DNA from: Candidatus Latescibacterota bacterium
GTDB taxonomy: Bacteria > Latescibacterota > UBA2968 > UBA8231
Reading direction: 5' to 3'
Length of the DNA: 64,000 bases
Assembly (NCBI GenBank): GCA_965200315.1
Contig: OZ241362.1
Location: 5,056,001-5,120,000, forward strand
The translations under genes and the position numbers were made by a program. Below, piece after piece: positions 58,701 to 64,000 of the stretch (its first letter is position 1; every line of letters starts with the position of its first letter). The notes beneath the pieces were generated by a model, which made no database searches, was not told the DNA's origin, and saw nothing but the letters and a program-made list of their open reading frames with translations.

Positions 58701-59527
58701 TGATTAATATCCCTTGGCATTTTCCATTGCATTTGGATTCAGCTATCAAGAGAAGTAGTAGCCAAGCAGAGGATTTGTTCAAGGAACAATATCCGGTGAT
58801 TTATCAGTATTTACTTTCACATAAGTCTGCCTTGAGTTCCCGAAATAGGTCAGAGACTGGAATTCGATACGAATGGTATGCGCTACAGCGGTGGGGGGCT
58901 AATTACTACGAGGACTTCGCAAAAGAAAAGCTACTTTGGATTGAACTAGTTGAAAACGGTAGATTCGCCTATGATGACAGTGGAATATATGGCGAAGCGA
59001 CATCGTTTATAATGACTGGCGAATCTATAAAATATCTATGCGCTGTGCTGAATGGAAATTTAGTCCGCTGGTTTCTCCAGCAGATAGCACCTACATCTGG
59101 TACGGGAACGTTACGCTGGAAAAAAGTCTATGTTGAGGTTGTTCCCATACCCAAAATATCCGCCGCCGATCAGCGTCCATTCATCCGCTTAGTGGATTAC
59201 ATCATATACCTCAAGCAGCAGTCATGTACAGACGGTAAAAACCTATCCCATTCCCGAGACTACCTCATGGTCAAATACTTTGAGCAGATCATTGACGGAC
59301 TAGTTTATGAACTCTACCTAACGGATGAACTCCATAGCGCAGGTAAGTATTTCTCTAAACCGTTATTGGACGAAAAACTTCCTTCAATTGAGGACGTGAC
59401 TGATAGTAAAATGTCCTCGATTCGCGGTATTTTTGAACGGCTATTTGACAAAAATCATCCCGTGCGGAAGAACCTTTTCTTTCTCGATAGTTTAGAAACT
59501 ATTCGCATCATTGAGGGTAAAACATGA
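55721..59527 (+). CDS. Type IIG-like (Eco57I/TaqI-C) adenine DNA methyltransferase with TRD
   Basis: NGGLF, TGSYYTP, ILDPAVGSGAF, IGNPPY; C-terminal TRD. Confidence 0.88.
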   Translation: MKDSNRNQIAGALAAMPADDFMAAAQELLNVLRYESTKRIPLSGDVDAFLAALPPSPKTQATERFRSNAASAHIVFQLTDEEIAVGAKGQQRLLTTNGFDTGNNKSFLFVAVELTGTSYSRSEYSLFTREINKRFPIPTVVLFKTANDLLTLAFVHRRENKRNPERDVLGSVALVRQIDLSDPHRAHLDILGDLALEERLRWMDTKDHPTNFDGLLAAWLDALDTEELNRRFYRDLFGWFERTIREATFPSKQKRTLPPEEHVIRLITRLLFIWFIKEKRLVAEELFIEEQVSRLLKNYDRDAGDSYYRAVLQNLFFATLNTEIGKRGFSKVSNTTHRNFSRYRHKKEISDPDALLDLLAQTPFINGGLFDCLDSEEATGDGGYRIDCFSDNPSHRNLLSIPNRLFFDDKGLIRLFEHYKFTVEENTPAEREVALDPELLGKVFENLLAAVNPETRETARKQTGSYYTPRPVVDYMVDEALVETLAAKIQPADGDSKFWRERLHYLLDYNDASELFDADETEGLVRAIAGIKILDPAVGSGAFPMGVLHKLTLALRRLDPENKQWETLQKEMAGRRATDAFDTHNRRERPAELKEISDTFERYRDSDFGRKLYLIQNSIFGVDIQPIACQIAKLRFFISLAIEQEPNSDQDDNFGIQPLPNLETRFVAANTLLGLGKRVLASDEAHRLERELHANRERHFHATNRRVKLRCRKVDEKLREALAGKLRQIGMPTAAADKIAQWNPYDQNAKADWFDAEYMFGVPKGFDAVIGNPPYIQLQKDGGKLGKLYKDIGYETFARTGDIYQLFYECGCQLLRPTQGLLVYITSNSWLKAEYGKALRRYFSERHTSLRLLETGKDVFENAIVDTSILIVREGRGNTTCDAVDMDKLDAKDFPPDESLWGQMHPDGEKPWSILSQAEHSVMNKMKAKGIPLKDWEIKINRGITTGCNDAFIIDDETKKGLVREDSNSADLIKPVLRGRDIQRYQAKWAGFWLINIPWHFPLHLDSAIKRSSSQAEDLFKEQYPVIYQYLLSHKSALSSRNRSETGIRYEWYALQRWGANYYEDFAKEKLLWIELVENGRFAYDDSGIYGEATSFIMTGESIKYLCAVLNGNLVRWFLQQIAPTSGTGTLRWKKVYVEVVPIPKISAADQRPFIRLVDYIIYLKQQSCTDGKNLSHSRDYLMVKYFEQIIDGLVYELYLTDELHSAGKYFSKPLLDEKLPSIEDVTDSKMSSIRGIFERLFDKNHPVRKNLFFLDSLETIRIIEGKT

Positions 59528-60934
59528 GAATTACAGAGATTGAAATTAAAAACTTTAGAGCCTTCTACGGATCGTACCAAATTAATCTACACAAGGCTGG
59601 GAAAAATCTGCTCATTTACGGCGAAAACGGAAGTGGGAAGTCATCGCTGTATCTGGCGTTGAAGCTGTTCTTGGAATCTGCCGTGAAATCTCACCAATTT
59701 GAAGACTATCAGAACATCTTCGTCAAAGACGACAGTGGATACATTAAATTATATCTCCGTTCTGACTCGCATTCAAAGCGGCTTATCTACGAATGGTCGA
59801 AAAACGCTGTGGAAACGAATGATTCCTTGATTATTGATGCGTCAAAGGTCAAAGGTTTTCTCGATTATAAGACTCTTTTGGCGACGCACTATATTCAACA
59901 CGAAGAAAGAGACGTGAATATCTTTGATTTGCTGATCAACAACCTCCTTGCCACTACTATTAACGATGTGACAGAGCAAACTTTTGCCGACGATTGGACA
60001 AGTATAGAACAAGCTATTCCTCGCCGAAATACCAGCAATCAAATTAAGACCATAGAAGACAGGATACATGATTTCAATAATGGATTATCTAGTAAATTAA
60101 ATGAACTAAAGGAGAAAGCCTATGAAATACTTGATAAATTCGATTACAATATCGCTCTCGACTTTGGGTTTCAGGGCATCAAGTACAACCGCGATAATAA
60201 GAAGATAGGCAATAAACAGATATTTTTGATGGTCAATTTCTTTGATAGAAATATACCTTCGCACCATCATTTTCTGAATGAAGCAAAGCTTTCGGCAATT
60301 GCTATATCCATATCCTTTTCATCTTTTTTGCTTCAACCAAAAAGCGAGTTGAAAATTATCGCACTAGATGACGTATTGATTGGCTTAGACATGTCAAATC
60401 GCCTGCCCGTACTTGACATCCTAAGAGAAAACTTCTCAGATTACCAGATATTCTTTATGACGTATGATCGCATTTGGTATGAAATTGTCAGGCAACAGAC
60501 ACCAGATAATGAGTGGAAATATGCTGAGTTTTACTTCTCTAAAACCGATGAATACGAAATTCCCATATACGTGGAGGGACGATCCTAATATTAAAAAGGC
60601 GAAAGAATATTTTGGCGGCAACGACTACAAAGCCTGTGTGATTTATCTTCGTACAGCTTTTGAAGTCGCAATTAAGAGATTCTGCGACAAGAAGGAACTC
60701 CAAGTCAGGTATCGAGAAAATCCGAAACGTCTGACTAGCGAAGACTTTTGGCATCCGATAAAAAATAAAAATGCAAATTTTATTGCAACGGAACTCATTG
60801 AAGAAATCGAACTGTACCGAAGTATTATCCTAAATCCGCTCAGTCATGCTAATACTGTCAATACTTCCAAGAAAGAGATTTCAGCGGCAATAGAAGCAGT
60901 GGAGAAACTTGAGCAATCTCTAAACAGCAACTGA
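59524..60934 (+). pseudogene. ABC/AAA ATPase with a HEPN-like C-terminus, split by a +1 frameshift
   Basis: GENGSGKS, LDDVLIGLD and MTYD. Removing one A at 60587-60588 joins VEGRS to YIKKAKEYF...RSIILNPLSH. Confidence 0.75.
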
Positions 60935-60941
60935 CTGAATT

Positions 60942-62036
60942 ATGGAACAGCATTTTTACGAGCAGCTAAAAATTGAGAATTTCCGCGGTATCAAGTCGCT
61001 GGAAATCGACGATCTCGCCCAAGTCAATCTGTTTGTGGGAAGAAATAACTGCGGCAAAACCTCGGTGTTGGAATCGATTTTTTTGCTAACCGGGATGTCA
61101 GACCCTGCCGTGCTTGTCTATATAGAAAATAGGAGAGGATTAAACCTCAAAGAAAATTCTCAGCTAAGGGATTTCTTTTACCGTCAAGAATACGATGAAA
61201 GACTTAGGCTGTTAGGTAGGCAAGGAACAGAAAATAGAGAACTCAATATTGTACCAATACATGGAACCTTCAATGTTGAGCAGCCAGTACCTGATTCTTT
61301 AAAAAGTTCAAATACCATTAAAGAAAGAGATACTCTCCAAGTCGGTATGTCAGGTTATACAACGGAGCAATCGCTGAACGGTCTAAAGTTTAAATTTACT
61401 CATTCAGCCAAAGGAAATTGTCAACACGAGGCTACAATAAGCCTAGTGGGATCGGGAGATTATCCATTTAATTTTCGATTAGACGAAGATTATAAGGAAA
61501 CTACGCATATTTGGTTTTTAGGCTCATCCTACGGTCCGAATATGGTCGACAAGATGCTTAATGAAAAACGCAAGGATATTCTAGTGAGCAGCCTTCAAAC
61601 TATAGAGCCGAAGGTAAAAGATATAAGGATAGGGTTGAACGGCATTGTGATGATTGACATTGGAACGGATAACTTCCTGCCTATTAACCATCTTGGAGGT
61701 GGGACGGTACATGTTCTGAATATACTTTCCACTATCTATACGGCTAGGAATGAGATTTTGCTTATCGACGAGATTGAAAATGGCCTTCATGTTTCTTCTA
61801 TAAAATATATGTGGGACATGGTGCTGGAGGCTGCTAAACAAAATCATACCCAGATATTCATGGCGACTCACAGCAGCGACGTCATAGAAGGTTTGAGTAT
61901 GGCCTTGCAGGACAAATCAGATTCAGTCGCTTGTTTCTGGCTGCATAAATTTGACGATGACCGGATCAAGGCTTACAGATATTCGCCTGACGGGCTGAAA
62001 AATGCCTTAGACGTAGGTATAGATATTCGCCATTAG
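60942..62036 (+). CDS. AAA_15/AAA_21 ABC-type ATPase
   Basis: NFRGI, GRNNCGKT, LGGG, LIDEIENGLH, ATHS. Confidence 0.88.
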   Translation: MEQHFYEQLKIENFRGIKSLEIDDLAQVNLFVGRNNCGKTSVLESIFLLTGMSDPAVLVYIENRRGLNLKENSQLRDFFYRQEYDERLRLLGRQGTENRELNIVPIHGTFNVEQPVPDSLKSSNTIKERDTLQVGMSGYTTEQSLNGLKFKFTHSAKGNCQHEATISLVGSGDYPFNFRLDEDYKETTHIWFLGSSYGPNMVDKMLNEKRKDILVSSLQTIEPKVKDIRIGLNGIVMIDIGTDNFLPINHLGGGTVHVLNILSTIYTARNEILLIDEIENGLHVSSIKYMWDMVLEAAKQNHTQIFMATHSSDVIEGLSMALQDKSDSVACFWLHKFDDDRIKAYRYSPDGLKNALDVGIDIRH

Positions 62037-62038
62037 CT

Positions 62039-62608
62039 ATGACTGATAAAACCTTGATTATTGTCGAAGGAAAAGAGGATAAAAATTTCCTAGAATCCTA
62101 TATTAAAAACTTGGGCTATTCCGATGAAGTTTTTAATATCCAGCAAGCAAAAGGAAAGGATAATCTGAAAGAAGACAGTATTAGAAACGAAATTGAAAAT
62201 GCTTTGGACAGAGGTTCACAGGTCTTAATTATCTTTGACGCAAACTCGGATCATGAAAGCACTAAAACCGGTATTGAGCACACTATAGAACGATTGGAAG
62301 GATTTAATATATTTCTTTTTCCTGATGACAATAGCGGTGGAACCGTGGAAAATTTGCTAGAAAAAATAGTAAAGTCAGAATACGAAAGAATTTTTGAGTG
62401 CTTTGAAGAATACAAGCAGTGCATAAGCGAGGGGATGAGCGAATATGAGTTGCCCGATATAAAAGCAAAGATATATGCTTACAAGCAAGTGCTTGGCATT
62501 CTTGAAACCCCTTTCGATCCTCAGTACTGGGATTTTGAAAACTCTGCACTGGATCCCCTGAGAAATTTTCTGACGCAGAACTTGTCAAACGATTTTGCCG
62601 TGTCTTAA
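62039..62608 (+). CDS. DUF3226-like TOPRIM-fold protein
   Basis: IIVEGKED, IIFDAN, FLFPD..SG..ENLL. Confidence 0.75.
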   Translation: MTDKTLIIVEGKEDKNFLESYIKNLGYSDEVFNIQQAKGKDNLKEDSIRNEIENALDRGSQVLIIFDANSDHESTKTGIEHTIERLEGFNIFLFPDDNSGGTVENLLEKIVKSEYERIFECFEEYKQCISEGMSEYELPDIKAKIYAYKQVLGILETPFDPQYWDFENSALDPLRNFLTQNLSNDFAVS

Positions 62609-62735
62609 GAAGCTCTCTGAAAACCCCTGTCAGGCTACTTCGCGAGGAGGTCAAACGACTCGGGTGTCCGGCGTTTTTCGAGGTCGAGACGCCCCGATCC
62701 CAGCGGCTTGGAGTCAATACGAATCCGAGCCGAAG
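62607..62735. repeat. Structured intergenic element (possible MITE remnant)
   Basis: Two imperfect hairpins: TCGGGTGTC...GACGCCCCGA and CGGCTTGGA...TCCGAGCCG; higher GC than its flanks. Confidence 0.3.
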
Positions 62736-62778
62736 CCAAGTAGATGCAGATGAGTAACATCAGTTAGGAGGATAAATT

Positions 62779-64000
62779 ATGAGACTCGCAGCCTCAATTG
62801 AAAAGAATGGATACTTTTGGCTACCTAGCGAGGAAGAAGATGCACTCTCTGGAATACTTAAAATTTCCCAAAAAGGACAGGTAACGTTGGAATTAATGGT
62901 TCCTGTGGAATTCCCTAAAGCTACTGTCCAGACACCTTGGGCTTTTAGCTCAGACGACGACAACATTTCGTTAGATAAAATTATTGGTAAGGTCGAAGGA
63001 GACGAGTTCGTCACGTTGTGTCAATGTGAGTTCCTAACCCCTTTTAGTGGGCTAAACACTCTTCAAGCTGCTGCCAATGGCCCTGTTTCTTTGCAGCCAT
63101 CAAAATTCACCGTACAATATGCAATTATCGGTCGAAACTATTTCAAAAAAGAAGAGGAGATTTGTTTTTCTCGTTGCAAAGTTTTTTTCAAGGGACTCGA
63201 AGAATTGCTGAATACAGGGAGTATCAATGTAAAATACCCCTCCTTAAACAGAGTTACAATGGAGTATAATCGCCCTGATCCTGTATCCTTCAAGATACCC
63301 TACGAATCTAACAAAATTGAACTGACCCTGAATTTTCATCCGTCCAATTTTTCCTTTATTCCAGGAAATGAATTCGCCATCAAACAGAGCATTTATATAT
63401 CATTGTTATCTAACGAGTACTTATCATTTGATCGTTGTAGAGATATAATATGGAGAATTAATCAGTTTCTTTGTTTGGCGATTGATAAGCCTGTATCTTT
63501 TGAATCGGCCACTATATTTTCAAGAGAAAAATTAGAACGCATCGGAGATGAAGAACAAGAGATTCCGATGAAATTGTACTTCGACGGAAATTCTCGTCCT
63601 GAAATCGAGACTGAGATTTCACGGACAACTTGCCTTTTCTTTTATAAAGCTAACGAGATAAAAGAATTTGTATGTAATTTGATCTGTTGGATGCAGAATT
63701 ATGAAAAATATGATATTCCAATAAATCTATATTTTGCTTCTATTCATGGAAGATGGAATATAGAGCCGAGATTCTTGTCTCTCGTTCAGGGAATTGAGGT
63801 ATTTCATAGACAATTGAAAAACAGAGAAAAGCGCTTAGACGAGCGGATAAGGGAAATGACAGAAGAGTTCAAGGATAATTTTTTTGCAGATAACACCAAA
63901 CGAGAAATTTTTGCTCAAAACGTTAGAGAAGAAAGGAATTGGCTAACCCACTATGATAAGGCTAAATCTCCTTTTATGAAAGAGGGCAATATAAAAGGTT
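62779..64000 (+). CDS. ApeA-like HEPN protein, 3'-truncated by the window edge and absent from the ORF track
   Basis: AGGAGG SD. Hand translation is open to the edge: GYFWLP...VTLCQC...FLSLVQGIEVFHR...RNWLTH (R-x4-H at 63934-63951). Confidence 0.8.
   Translation, partial: MRLAASIEKNGYFWLPSEEEDALSGILKISQKGQVTLELMVPVEFPKATVQTPWAFSSDDDNISLDKIIGKVEGDEFVTLCQCEFLTPFSGLNTLQAAANGPVSLQPSKFTVQYAIIGRNYFKKEEEICFSRCKVFFKGLEELLNTGSINVKYPSLNRVTMEYNRPDPVSFKIPYESNKIELTLNFHPSNFSFIPGNEFAIKQSIYISLLSNEYLSFDRCRDIIWRINQFLCLAIDKPVSFESATIFSREKLERIGDEEQEIPMKLYFDGNSRPEIETEISRTTCLFFYKANEIKEFVCNLICWMQNYEKYDIPINLYFASIHGRWNIEPRFLSLVQGIEVFHRQLKNREKRLDERIREMTEEFKDNFFADNTKREIFAQNVREERNWLTHYDKAKSPFMKEGNIKG

Overview
A GC-rich bacterial chromosomal window. 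The gene content (DUF6785-like membrane protein, many DWPQWRGP-type beta-propellers, PhyH and enolase paralogs, scattered defence cassettes) suggests a Latescibacterota/Gemmatimonadota/Poribacteria-like organism; this is inference only. It has three parts. (1) 1-17.8 kb: plus-strand envelope and catabolic genes interrupted by small, often damaged defence inserts (HEPN-like pseudogene, HigA + MmeI-like methyltransferase, a methyltransferase-HNH deletion fusion). (2) 17.8-51.0 kb: a largely translationally coupled minus-strand cluster of unknown function. It encodes six secreted PQQ-like beta-propellers, a LuxE-like adenylating enzyme, a LuxC-like reductase, an Fe-alcohol dehydrogenase, a HemN-like radical SAM enzyme, a TonB receptor, a PaaK-like ligase, a flavin-dependent halogenase-like enzyme, a Na+/solute symporter, a GT4, a thioesterase and an ABC exporter. 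This is my best candidate for an undescribed biosynthetic or cofactor system. Several cassettes interrupt it; two ATPase-nuclease cassettes are flanked by 42-50 bp direct repeats. (3) 52.4-64 kb: a defence island (PLD-SNF2 helicase, type IIG-like methyltransferase, frameshifted ATPase, ATPase + TOPRIM-like pair, ApeA-like HEPN gene running off the edge). I saw no rRNA, tRNA, CRISPR array, integrase or transposase. All family calls come from recognising motifs by eye, not from database searches.
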